Shown: positions 1-7,675 of the stretch, in pieces
Position numbering within the stretch: position 1 is the stretch's first letter
How the letters are laid out: every line of letters begins with the position of its first letter
Assembly (NCBI GenBank): GCA_030167145.1
Contig: CP126532.1
Span: 2,700,001-2,732,000 of the forward strand
Source: Ktedonobacterales bacterium
GTDB taxonomy: Bacteria; Chloroflexota; Ktedonobacteria; Ktedonobacterales; JADMIN01
Reading direction: 5' to 3'
DNA: 32,000 bases
The notes under the pieces: generated by a model
Databases searched by the model: none
What the model saw: the letters and a program-made list of their open reading frames with translations, nothing else
What the model was told of the DNA's origin: nothing
Program-made: the position numbers and the translations under genes

Positions 1-67
1 CGTCGAGCGTGACCCGCTGCACGGTGCCAGTGGGCGCTTTCAGCAATTGCGCAACATTGTAGATCAT
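1..67 (-). CDS. DUF177/YceD-like protein, N-terminal fragment (gene runs off the window start)
   Basis: A minus-strand ATG lies at 65-67, with AAGGGG about 10 nt upstream. The 22 codons read MIYNVAQLLKAPTGTVQRVTLD, which I recall as the typical N-terminus of YceD/DUF177 proteins. The fragment is too short for certainty. Confidence 0.4.
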   Translation of the reverse strand, partial: MIYNVAQLLKAPTGTVQRVTLD

Positions 68-229
68 CGTGGTAATACCCCTTGCGCCGCCGCGTTATTC
101 CTGGGGCGACACACCCCTAGTATCGAATGCCCCGCCACTCTATGTCAAGCGAGCTGTGATGAGCAAATGCCCTGTCAGCACAGGCATCAACACAGGCGCT
201 TGCGCCTCTAGCCCGCCTGTCCGCCAGAG

Positions 230-259
230 TTGACAGCAGTGCGCGCCCATCGGTAGACT
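230..259 (+). promoter_or_regulatory. candidate sigma70-type promoter (TTGACA - 18 nt - TAGACT)
   Basis: TTGACA lies at 230-235 and TAGACT at 254-259, just upstream of the 267/294 ORF start. This is motif evidence only. Confidence 0.4.
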
Positions 260-293
260 GGTCGGAGTGGGCGGAGATGGCAAAGAGGGAGCA

Positions 294-1268
294 ATGGGGG
301 CGCGCATGACGCAGGGACGGACCGGCGAGCGACACCAGCGCGGCGTAAGTTCGCGCGCACTGCCGCCATTGCTGATCGCCGTCCTCTGGCTGGTGATGCT
401 CCTCTTCGCGTGCGGCGGCGTGCAGGTCGCCTCAGCCTTCTCCCACTCCAGCAGCAACATCCCGCTGCCAAGTACTCCTTCTAATACGCCGACCAGCACA
501 TCCGATCCCAGTCCGACCGCCACCTCCACGCCAAGCAAAGGCCCGCCGCCGACGCGCACGCCACCACCGGGCACCGCGACGCCGAGTACGACAACGACGC
601 CCACTGGCACAGCCATTCCGCCGACGGCGACCGCGCCGCCATCTGGTGGCGGCAACAATGGCGGCGGTGGCCCGATTGGTCCCCAACCAACCAAAGTAGT
701 GTTTACGCAACCGACCGCCGCCGCTGGCGCGAATGGTCCGCTTCAGGGCCTCGCGTCGGGAACGTTCGCCTCGAACGGCCTGCTGCTGGCCACGACCTCC
801 GGCTGCATCGTCGCGCTGCTGGGCGTCATCATCGCCGCCATCGCGCTGATGGTGTTGCTGCGCGACGGGTACGGTCCTTTCCTGCGCGTGCTGCTGCTGG
901 ACAAGCGCGCCAAGGCATCATCCCCGGCGGGCGCTGATCCGTCCGATAGCGGCATGAACGGCATGAATGGCGCGAATGGCATGATGGGCAGCGGCGCGCT
1001 ATGGGAGGGCGACCCGCGCGTCGGCTACGATGATCGCCCCTATAGCTCATCACGGCAGCCAAGCGCACGACGCCCGGCCTACGACGACCAATACGACCAG
1101 GATGACCGCTATGATCGCGGCAGTGGCACCGGCAGATACCCCCGCACACCCGCGCCCCCCGCACGCGGACCATCCAGCGGGCGCACCCCCCCACCGCCCG
1201 CACGAAACCGTCCCGCCAGCGGGCGCACCCCCCCGCCGCCCCCGCGCCGCCGCGACAACTGGCGCTAG
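294..1268 (+). CDS. Pro/Thr-rich membrane-anchored protein of unknown function
   Basis: The ORF spans 267-1268. The ATG at 294 follows a GAGG core at 285-288; 267 and 306 are alternative starts. The N-terminal hydrophobic segment ends in LLFAC, which is lipobox-like. A long P/T/S linker follows, then a second TM helix (LLLATTSGCIVALLGVIIAAIALMVLL), then a P/R/D/Y-rich tail. GC3 bias supports coding. Confidence 0.6.
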   Translation: MGARMTQGRTGERHQRGVSSRALPPLLIAVLWLVMLLFACGGVQVASAFSHSSSNIPLPSTPSNTPTSTSDPSPTATSTPSKGPPPTRTPPPGTATPSTTTTPTGTAIPPTATAPPSGGGNNGGGGPIGPQPTKVVFTQPTAAAGANGPLQGLASGTFASNGLLLATTSGCIVALLGVIIAAIALMVLLRDGYGPFLRVLLLDKRAKASSPAGADPSDSGMNGMNGANGMMGSGALWEGDPRVGYDDRPYSSSRQPSARRPAYDDQYDQDDRYDRGSGTGRYPRTPAPPARGPSSGRTPPPPARNRPASGRTPPPPPRRRDNWR

Positions 1269-1448
1269 GCCAGCGCGTACTGGCGCTCGTGGTGTGATAT
1301 GGCTGTGAACCTCGCGGCGCGTGCCATGCAAATACCTGCACGTGGCATACTGGAATCGTAGTGTGCCCATTGTGCCCACGCGCTCTGTATTCGGGCCGCT
1401 CCCATTGTTGTGAGCCTGCCCCGCGAGACGAGAGAAAGGACCATCCGC

Positions 1449-2561
1449 ATGGTGCCGACACGCCCCACCCACCCGTTCTGGATGTATGAGGAGATGCAGG
1501 CGACGCCCGCCGCGCTGGACCATGCCCTCGCGCCCAGCGCCGCCGAGCGCAGCGCACGCGAAGAACTGGCGACGCGGCTGGCCACGGCCCGGCGTGTCTA
1601 CCTCACCGGCTGCGGCACCGCGTACCATGCCGCGCTGGTGGGCGCGGCATTTCTGCGCGACTTCACCGCTGGGCAAGTAGACGCACGCGCCGTGCAATCG
1701 TTCGAGCTGGCGCATTACGCGCAGCCCGGCCCCGGAGCCAACGACCTGCTCATCGCGCTCAGCCACAGCGGCAAGCCCACCGCGACCAATGCCGCGCTCG
1801 CTCGCGCCCACGGCGCCGGCGCTTACTGCCTCACCATCACCGGCAACCCCACCAGTCCCGCCGCCCAACTCGCTCAGGCAGTGATCGAGTACGGCTACGC
1901 CGAGGCGAAGTCATTTACCTACACCATCAGCTACAGCCTGATGCTCGCCGTCCTGGCCGATCTCGCTGCGCACACTGCCACCCATATACACGGCGCCGGC
2001 CCCAGTGCGCTGGCGCTGGCTGCGCCCGTGCGCGAGCTGGCGCGCTGGCATCGCGAGGCGCTGGCGCTGGAACCGCAGATCGAACCACTGGCGCTGCGGC
2101 TCGCCCAGCATCCACGGTGGATCTTCGCGGGCGCGGGCGGCAACTACGCCACGGCCCTCGAAGCCGCGCTCAAGATGCAGGAGACAAACTATACCGCCAG
2201 CTTCGGCATGGAGATGGAAGAAGTGTTGCACGGCCCGGTCGCCGCGCTGGGCGATGCCGTGCTGGTGGTGATCGCCCCGCCAGGGGCGGCGCGCACACGC
2301 GCGCTTGATCTGCTGCGGGCCGCGCGTCTGCTCGGCAGCGAGACTATCGCCCTCGGCGCCACCGGCGATACAGAGCTAGCGGGTGCCGCGGGCACGCTCA
2401 TACCGCTGCCCACGGGTCCCGAGGCGCTCTCACCCGCGCCGTATCACGTGCCGCTGCACATGCTCAGCTATTGGGTCGCCGTCGCGCGCGGCACGAACCC
2501 CGACCTCATGCGCCGCGAACACGCGCCCTATCTCGACGCGCGCCACGCCTACACGCTGTAA
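1449..2561 (+). CDS. SIS-domain sugar-phosphate isomerase/deglycase-like protein (GlmS isomerase-half / FrlB / AgaS-like)
   Basis: Two SIS-type motifs are visible: VYLTGCGTAYHAALVGA and LIALSHSGKPTATNAAL...CLTITGNPTSPAA. The ATG at 1449 is preceded by GAAAGGA. The ORF-track start at 1410 is a GTG with no SD. Confidence 0.8.
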   Translation: MVPTRPTHPFWMYEEMQATPAALDHALAPSAAERSAREELATRLATARRVYLTGCGTAYHAALVGAAFLRDFTAGQVDARAVQSFELAHYAQPGPGANDLLIALSHSGKPTATNAALARAHGAGAYCLTITGNPTSPAAQLAQAVIEYGYAEAKSFTYTISYSLMLAVLADLAAHTATHIHGAGPSALALAAPVRELARWHREALALEPQIEPLALRLAQHPRWIFAGAGGNYATALEAALKMQETNYTASFGMEMEEVLHGPVAALGDAVLVVIAPPGAARTRALDLLRAARLLGSETIALGATGDTELAGAAGTLIPLPTGPEALSPAPYHVPLHMLSYWVAVARGTNPDLMRREHAPYLDARHAYTL

Positions 2562-2595
2562 CATCCGCCCTTTGCACGAGACACCAGGAGCTATC

Positions 2596-3063
2596 ATGAC
2601 ACGACTGCGTACTGTCCAGTTCGGCGCGGGAGTCGCCGGTGGACTGCTGGCCATTGCGGGCTTTGTCGCCGCGCTCTTCGCGCCGCTGCGCTACTGCACA
2701 GAGACCATCCCCAGCGGGGGCATATGCCCAGCCAGCGCCATACGCTCCGCCTCATTGCTCCAGGTACATCCCTCTGCTGGTGTCTGGATGTACCTGTGCG
2801 GCATGGTGGTGGCACTGCTTGCGGCGGCGGGTGGGGCCATCATCGAAGCACGCACTGGCCAGCGCACCGCGATTCTGCCGCTGTGGATCGGCGCGGTGCT
2901 TGCCTTCATGGGCTGCGCGTTCAGCGCGCTGGGCATCGGCCTCTTCTTCCTGCCCGCCGTGCTCGCCATCCTGCTCGCGGGCTTCGCCTCGCTCCTGCGC
3001 CGCCGCAGCCGTGCGGGCCTCCCTCGTTCCGTGCCTGGCTCTGCCAAAAAAGACCGCATTTGA
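2596..3063 (+). CDS. small polytopic membrane protein, unknown function
   Basis: The ATG at 2596 follows AGGAG (2585-2589). About four hydrophobic helices are visible. The upstream part of ORF 2383-3063 overlaps the SIS gene and is Arg/Cys-rich, so it is probably not translated. Confidence 0.6.
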   Translation: MTRLRTVQFGAGVAGGLLAIAGFVAALFAPLRYCTETIPSGGICPASAIRSASLLQVHPSAGVWMYLCGMVVALLAAAGGAIIEARTGQRTAILPLWIGAVLAFMGCAFSALGIGLFFLPAVLAILLAGFASLLRRRSRAGLPRSVPGSAKKDRI

Positions 3064-3107
3064 GGTGGGGAGCGCAGTGGCACTATACAGCCATTCGCCG
3101 TACACGC

Positions 3108-3136
3108 TTGACGCGCGTGTGTCAGGCTGGTAAATT
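3108..3136 (+). promoter_or_regulatory. candidate sigma70-type promoter (TTGACG - 17 nt - TAAATT)
   Basis: TTGACG lies at 3108-3113 and TAAATT at 3131-3136. The start of the 3166 gene is 30 nt downstream. Confidence 0.4.
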
Positions 3137-3165
3137 AGGCGGCAAACAGACACAGGAGGCCCGCC

Positions 3166-3714
3166 TTGGACGCCAGCGTCAACACACCCGCGCCAGTAGC
3201 GGCGGAAGAACAACCCAGGCGCCCGCTCTCGATCACCATCCTGGCGATCTTCTCGCTGCTGCTGGCGCTCATCACCGGCATTCCGCAGCTCTACTATGTG
3301 CTGTTCGCGCTCAATCAGCACATCTTCCCGATTGGCCCGAACGCCAATCCACTGGGCCAGATCTGGTACTGGTATATTCTCAAGGGCGATCAGGGTGGCT
3401 ACCTGAGCGTAGACCCTGGCACGCTTGCCGGCGGCATCGAAGACGCCTTCATGATGGCCCCACTCTACTTGCTCACCGGCATCGGCCTGCTGCGGCTGCG
3501 CGCGTGGGTGGTGCCAGTAGGGCTGATTACGGGCGCGATGATCTTCTATGCCATCCTCTATTTCTTTTTCAGTGGTATTCTGGTTGCGAATGCGTCAACA
3601 GCGGATGTCATCACCGTGATACTCTCAAGTGTGGCCTATCTCGCCTATCCGCTCTGGCTCGTGCCGGTGCTGCTCGTGCGTCGCTCACTGTTCACACAGC
3701 GCAGACCCGCATGA
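3166..3714 (+). CDS. polytopic membrane protein, unknown function
   Basis: The start is a TTG at 3166, preceded by AGGAGG (3154-3159). Several hydrophobic helices are visible. I recognise no family motif. Confidence 0.6.
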   Translation: MDASVNTPAPVAAEEQPRRPLSITILAIFSLLLALITGIPQLYYVLFALNQHIFPIGPNANPLGQIWYWYILKGDQGGYLSVDPGTLAGGIEDAFMMAPLYLLTGIGLLRLRAWVVPVGLITGAMIFYAILYFFFSGILVANASTADVITVILSSVAYLAYPLWLVPVLLVRRSLFTQRRPA

Positions 3715-3777
3715 CCCTAGCGCCCGGCACGAATGGCCAGATGGAGCGATCCAGTTCAGGAAGCTGAGTGCTATCGT

Positions 3778-4257
3778 ATGGCCAGGAATTCTGACGACAC
3801 ACCCCGCTATAAAGTGCTCGTCATAGACGACGACCCGTTTCTCAACGAGATGATCGTTGAATCACTGCGTGTCTTCGGCAACTATGACGTGACCGCCGCC
3901 TTCGATGGCGCGGAGGGACTCGAACGCATCGCTGCCGATCCACCGCATATCGTCGTCATAGACGTGCGGATGCCGAAACTCGACGGCTATCAGGTGGTGC
4001 GCGCGCTGCGGGGCGATCCCGCCACCGCCGGTCTGCCGCTCATCATCCTTTCGGCAATGGTGCGCGAACGCGACAAGCTGGCCGGCATGATCTCCGGCGC
4101 GGATGCCTATCTCGACAAGCCCATCAACCCGCGTGCGCTGGTAGCCGCCATCCAGAAGGCGCTGGCGCTCTCCGAGACACAGCGCCGCGAACGCATGCGC
4201 CAGATCAGCGAAGGCGGCGCGGTACCAGGAACATCCGACGATGGGGCTGCCTCATGA
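3778..4257 (+). CDS. single-domain response regulator (CheY-like receiver)
   Basis: Receiver motifs are [27 protein letters not shown] and DKP. There is no output domain. The stop overlaps the downstream kinase start (ATGA at 4254-4257). The start could instead be 3733. Confidence 0.85.
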   Translation: MARNSDDTPRYKVLVIDDDPFLNEMIVESLRVFGNYDVTAAFDGAEGLERIAADPPHIVVIDVRMPKLDGYQVVRALRGDPATAGLPLIILSAMVRERDKLAGMISGADAYLDKPINPRALVAAIQKALALSETQRRERMRQISEGGAVPGTSDDGAAS

Positions 4258-5804
4258 CTGAGCCAGATCGCCAGATTCCCGAAGCGCCCCTACCGCGTGA
4301 TATGCGCCTTTCGCCCGCCGAGCGGGCGCTGCTCGATCACTACGACGCGCAACGCCGCCTCGCGCTGCTGCGCATCATCGTGCCCGGCCTCTTCGTCGTG
4401 GCGCTGCTCGCGCTGCCCTTCGGCATTCAGGCGGATCTCGAAGCGCATAGCATCACCAGCACCACGCAGGACGCCGTTGGCCTCATCGCCTTTGCTATCG
4501 CCTTTTGGGCCACCCGCAACCAGCGCGCGGATCTCGCCTCCGCCGCGCTCTTCGCGGGCATCTCTGGCACGGTCGTGCTGCTGCTGCTCAACGACGGGCC
4601 GCTGAACAACATGCTTGACCTGACAGCCGTGCCGGTCTTCGCGCTCTTCACACTGCCTATCGCCATCGCGGGCATCTTTGGCCGTCCGTACCTCGTGGCG
4701 CTCGCCACGCTCGCCTGCGTCACCTTCACCCTGCTGGTGATGCTGCTGACCCCACACACGCCCGCGCTCCGCGCCGCGCTGGATCAGTCGGGTGGGCTGG
4801 CGCTCTTCACCATTCCCATCTCCGCGCAGATCGCCCTCGGCGTGCTGATGTTCGCCGCCAATCGCGGCTTCCGCCGCACGGTGCGCGAGTTGGGCGCGGC
4901 GCGGCTGGCCTACGCCCGCGAAAAAGAGATGGACATCATCAAAGACCGCTTCATAGATAGCGTCAATCACGAGCTGCGCACGCCGATCATGGCGCTGCAA
5001 GGCTACATCGAATTGGCGCGCACGCTCGGCACACGCGGGTCGTTTGAGCGCCAGGAATACATGCTCGAACGCGCTGAGCAGGCCTCTGACCATCTGGTTG
5101 GCATCGTGCGTTCGGTGCTGAGTGCGCGGCGTGTGGAGACCGACGCGAACGCGCTGACCCTCTCGCGATTCGCCTTGCGCCCGGTCATCATCGCGGCCAC
5201 GAGCCTGCTCGACCCACGCGAGGCGGGCGAGCAAGACCGCGCGCTGCATTTGCGCGTGCCCGATGATCTGCGTGTCTACGCCGATGAAGATCTCGTGCGC
5301 CAGGTGACGTTGAACTTACTCTCGAACGCCGCCAAGTATTCTCCGCCCGGCAGCCCGATTGAGGTAGATGCGCGCGTCGTCGCCCCCGCGACCTCGCTGC
5401 TCTCCATCGCGCGGCTGCGTCGCGGCACACCACAGCAGCCAGTGGTCGAGGTATCTGTACATGACCACGGCCTCGGTGTACCGCCAGAACAAGCAGGGCT
5501 GCTATTTCAGCGTTTCGTGCGGCTAGAGCGTGACACCGCCTCGGCAATTCCTGGCACGGGGCTGGGACTGGCCATCTGCCGCGCCTACGTTGAGGCGATG
5601 GGCGGCAGCATCTGGCTTGAGAGCGACGGGCTGCCCGGCGGCGGCTCTACCTTCCGCTTCACTCTGCCGCTCGCCGACGCCACTGACGCCACTGACGCCA
5701 CTGACGCCACTGACGCCACCGTTGCCCCTCCCATCGTTGGTGCGACGCCCCAAACCGACGCGCCAGCCGCCACACGGCACGATGGACGCATGCCGTCTGC
5801 TTGA
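4254..5804 (+). CDS. membrane-bound sensor histidine kinase
   Basis: The N-terminal half holds about six hydrophobic helices. The H-box is [13 protein letters not shown] and the ATPase boxes are [18 protein letters not shown] and GTGLGLAI. The C-terminal tail carries a (DAT)n repeat. Confidence 0.85.
   Translation: MTEPDRQIPEAPLPRDMRLSPAERALLDHYDAQRRLALLRIIVPGLFVVALLALPFGIQADLEAHSITSTTQDAVGLIAFAIAFWATRNQRADLASAALFAGISGTVVLLLLNDGPLNNMLDLTAVPVFALFTLPIAIAGIFGRPYLVALATLACVTFTLLVMLLTPHTPALRAALDQSGGLALFTIPISAQIALGVLMFAANRGFRRTVRELGAARLAYAREKEMDIIKDRFIDSVNHELRTPIMALQGYIELARTLGTRGSFERQEYMLERAEQASDHLVGIVRSVLSARRVETDANALTLSRFALRPVIIAATSLLDPREAGEQDRALHLRVPDDLRVYADEDLVRQVTLNLLSNAAKYSPPGSPIEVDARVVAPATSLLSIARLRRGTPQQPVVEVSVHDHGLGVPPEQAGLLFQRFVRLERDTASAIPGTGLGLAICRAYVEAMGGSIWLESDGLPGGGSTFRFTLPLADATDATDATDATDATVAPPIVGATPQTDAPAATRHDGRMPSA
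5676..5720 (+). repeat. in-frame 9-bp tandem repeat (gacgccact x4 plus gacgccacc) encoding (DAT)5
   Basis: Read directly from the sequence. The units lie at 5676, 5685, 5694, 5703 and 5712. Confidence 0.9.
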
Positions 5805-5943
5805 GCCACCATTGGGCGCGCTTGCCGCGCTTGCCGCGCTGGGCTGATTCTGGTACAGTCTGGCAGGTGATACCGATGCGCGCCAACGCCGTGCGCGTCG
5901 CCAACGCATACCATCGCTATTCCACAGCAGGAGGCGCTGCGCC

Positions 5944-6633
5944 ATGTCTACACCCGACACTCCCCAGGGACAGCAGCCATATCCGCCCACGACGCCCCCG
6001 CAGCAACCCCATCCCACCGCGCCGCAGCCACCGCAGCCACCGCAGCCACCGTATCCTTACCCGCCGGCATACGGCCAGCCCGGCGCCTACCCACCGCCCT
6101 ATTCCTACCCCTATCCCTATGCGCCTGTGCCACCTCAGCAACCAAGACAATCGCACAAAGCGCTGTGGATCACCCTGAGCATTCTCGGCGGCGTCATCCT
6201 GCTCAGTTGCGTCGCCTGCTCCGCCTTCGCGGCCATTTCGGTGAATCGGTTGGGCAAGCAGATCACCAGCAGTCTGGGACCAACACTGACAGCGCAGGAA
6301 TTCTGTTCCGATATGGAGATACAAGACTACGACAGCGCGTATAGCCTGTTCTCCGCCAACCTCCAGAGCCAGATCACCTCGGACCAGTGGAACGCGAAAA
6401 ATCAGGCGCGCGACCTGCACGATGGACAAGTCACCACCTGCACCGTCCTGTCAAATAGCAATCTGCCACAGGGTGGCCGCGCCAACATCCAGATTCAGAT
6501 CACGCGCAACAGCGATACTCCCAGCACCAGCACCACAATCACTGGCAGCCAAACTGGCGTCCTCACCATCATCCAGGAGGGCAGCCAGTGGAAGATTGAC
6601 AACATTGACGTATCACTCGACCTGACACCCTAG
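5944..6633 (+). CDS. Pro/Gln/Tyr-rich N-terminus, single TM helix and a small extracytoplasmic domain; unknown function
   Basis: AGGAGG at 5929-5934 lies 9 nt before the ATG. The TM helix is LWITLSILGGVILLSCVACSAFAAI. The C-terminal roughly 130 aa are globular, and an NTF2/DUF4878-like fold is only a guess. Confidence 0.65.
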   Translation: MSTPDTPQGQQPYPPTTPPQQPHPTAPQPPQPPQPPYPYPPAYGQPGAYPPPYSYPYPYAPVPPQQPRQSHKALWITLSILGGVILLSCVACSAFAAISVNRLGKQITSSLGPTLTAQEFCSDMEIQDYDSAYSLFSANLQSQITSDQWNAKNQARDLHDGQVTTCTVLSNSNLPQGGRANIQIQITRNSDTPSTSTTITGSQTGVLTIIQEGSQWKIDNIDVSLDLTP

Positions 6634-6872
6634 CCATACTTTTCTTCGCGATGCTCATCTAGCCAGCGCGCCACATCTTCGTCAGTTGGCGGAGGGGTAT
6701 TGTCGCGTGCGAGCAGGCCTCTTAGACGTTGAAGCGCCGCACTCTTTTCGCTCGCGGACACAGACTCGCGCGGCGTTACCGATTGCAGGATACGGTACGC
6801 CAGCGACAGACGATCTTGCGCGGGCCAAGCGCTCACCGCCTCGAAGATCTCATCCACCGTTGCGCCGCTCAT
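6630..6872 (-). CDS. small antitoxin-like protein (addiction-module-component type), no partner toxin
   Basis: The 80-aa product starts at an ATG (6870-6872) preceded by GGGAGGG. Its C-terminus, RGLLARDNTPPPTDEDVARWLDEHREEKYG, resembles the tails of small antitoxins paired with PIN toxins in Chloroflexi and cyanobacteria, from memory. The longer ORF 6630-7076 overlaps dodecin and is rejected. Confidence 0.5.
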   Translation of the reverse strand: MSGATVDEIFEAVSAWPAQDRLSLAYRILQSVTPRESVSASEKSAALQRLRGLLARDNTPPPTDEDVARWLDEHREEKYG

Positions 6873-6970
6873 CGTAACCCTCCCTGTGGAAACACTGTAG
6901 TGTCCCCATTGTACCTCGTCCTTGGCGCAAATGGGAAGGAAGCAGCTACGGCAACGTGGAGCATATCGTC

Positions 6971-7198
6971 CTACGGCGTCATCGTGTCTTCGAGCGCGAA
7001 GCCAACCTCCAGCGTCACCTGATATTCGATGCCGCCACCGCTGAGCTTGCCGCGCTCCTCCTTGACCTCGAACCATTCGATGTTGCGCAGCGTCTTGCGT
7101 GCGCGGTCAACGGCATGCCGTACCGCGTCGTCGAAGCCCGTATCGGACGTGCCCACCAATTCCGTTTTCCGATAGACCTTCCCGTGTGTGGTTGCCAT
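6971..7198 (-). CDS. dodecin-family flavin-binding protein
   Basis: The product is 75 aa. YRKTELVGTSDTGFDDAVRHAVDRARKTLRNIEWFEV...IEYQVTLEVGF matches the dodecin pattern (xKxIELVGxSxxSxxDAxxNAxxxAxKTLRxxxWFEV). A GGGAGGG SD is present. Confidence 0.8.
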   Translation of the reverse strand: MATTHGKVYRKTELVGTSDTGFDDAVRHAVDRARKTLRNIEWFEVKEERGKLSGGGIEYQVTLEVGFALEDTMTP

Positions 7199-7298
7199 AG
7201 CTCTACCCTCCCGACTGGAAATACAGCGCTACGTGGGCAAGCCAGCACGAACCGGACCACTACACGAACCAGGCTACTATCGGACGAGCGCCGCACTG

Positions 7299-7583
7299 TC
7301 ATCGCCGGTAATCCACGAGCAGTCGCTGGTCGCGGATGAAGCGCTGTACCGTCCGGCCAGAGGGCACCGTGACGAGCCGCGTGGTGCGCTCGCGCGCCAG
7401 CACGAAGTTGAAAGCGGTGCTCGAATTATCCGGCACGGACCAGAGCGGACGCGCGAAGATGGGCTGCACGATCTCCCAGCCGTCGGCCAGCGCGGCGCGC
7501 AGTTCGCCGAACTTCTGCCGCACGGTGACACCGCCCTTCCCAGACGCCGCAACCGTCGCCGTTATGCGTTTTCGCGTTGCCAT
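7299..7583 (-). CDS. hypothetical 94-aa protein
   Basis: A strong GAGGAGG SD lies 6 nt before the ATG (7581-7583). GC3 bias supports coding. I recognise no family. Confidence 0.6.
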   Translation of the reverse strand: MATRKRITATVAASGKGGVTVRQKFGELRAALADGWEIVQPIFARPLWSVPDNSSTAFNFVLARERTTRLVTVPSGRTVQRFIRDQRLLVDYRR

Positions 7584-7641
7584 ACTCAGCCTCCTCTTTC
7601 ATCGCTCGCCCGCCTGGATCGCTCACCGCGTGTGCCCCGGT

Positions 7642-7669
7642 CGTAGGGGCGTCCGCCGGACGCCCGTTC
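7642..7669. repeat. REP-like hairpin element, copy 1 (GGGCGTCC-gcc-GGACGCCC)
   Basis: The arms lie at 7647-7654 and 7658-7665, 11 nt downstream of the ftsI stop. It shares the flanks cgtagg...cgttc with copy 2. Confidence 0.75.
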
Positions 7670-7675
7670 GCGCCA

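Noticed and set aside
193-206. The palindrome AGGCGCTTGCGCCT upstream of the first gene's promoter could be an operator.
   Set aside because: It is a single short GC-rich palindrome with a 2-nt centre. Such sequences are expected by chance in DNA of this composition, and there is no second copy or phasing to support a function.
1269-1448. The 180-nt leader of the SIS-domain gene could hold a glmS ribozyme or a riboswitch.
   Set aside because: The gene lacks the glutaminase half of GlmS. I cannot find the conserved glmS-ribozyme core strings. Only a weak imperfect hairpin (GCCATGCA...TGCACGTGGC) is present.
2724-3767. A 347-aa plus-strand ORF spans two membrane-protein genes in another frame.
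   Set aside because: It crosses the promoter-containing gap at 3064-3165 and has an Arg/His/Cys-rich composition. The alternative frames give clean hydrophobic helices and SD-preceded starts.
4290-5249. A 319-aa minus-strand ORF lies antisense to the histidine kinase, with similar antisense ORFs at 829-1868, 10832-11845, 14326-15195, 24009-24920 and 20555-21559.
   Set aside because: All are Arg/Gly/His/Gln-rich and lack an SD or recognisable motifs. Each lies opposite a gene with strong motif or hydrophobicity support.
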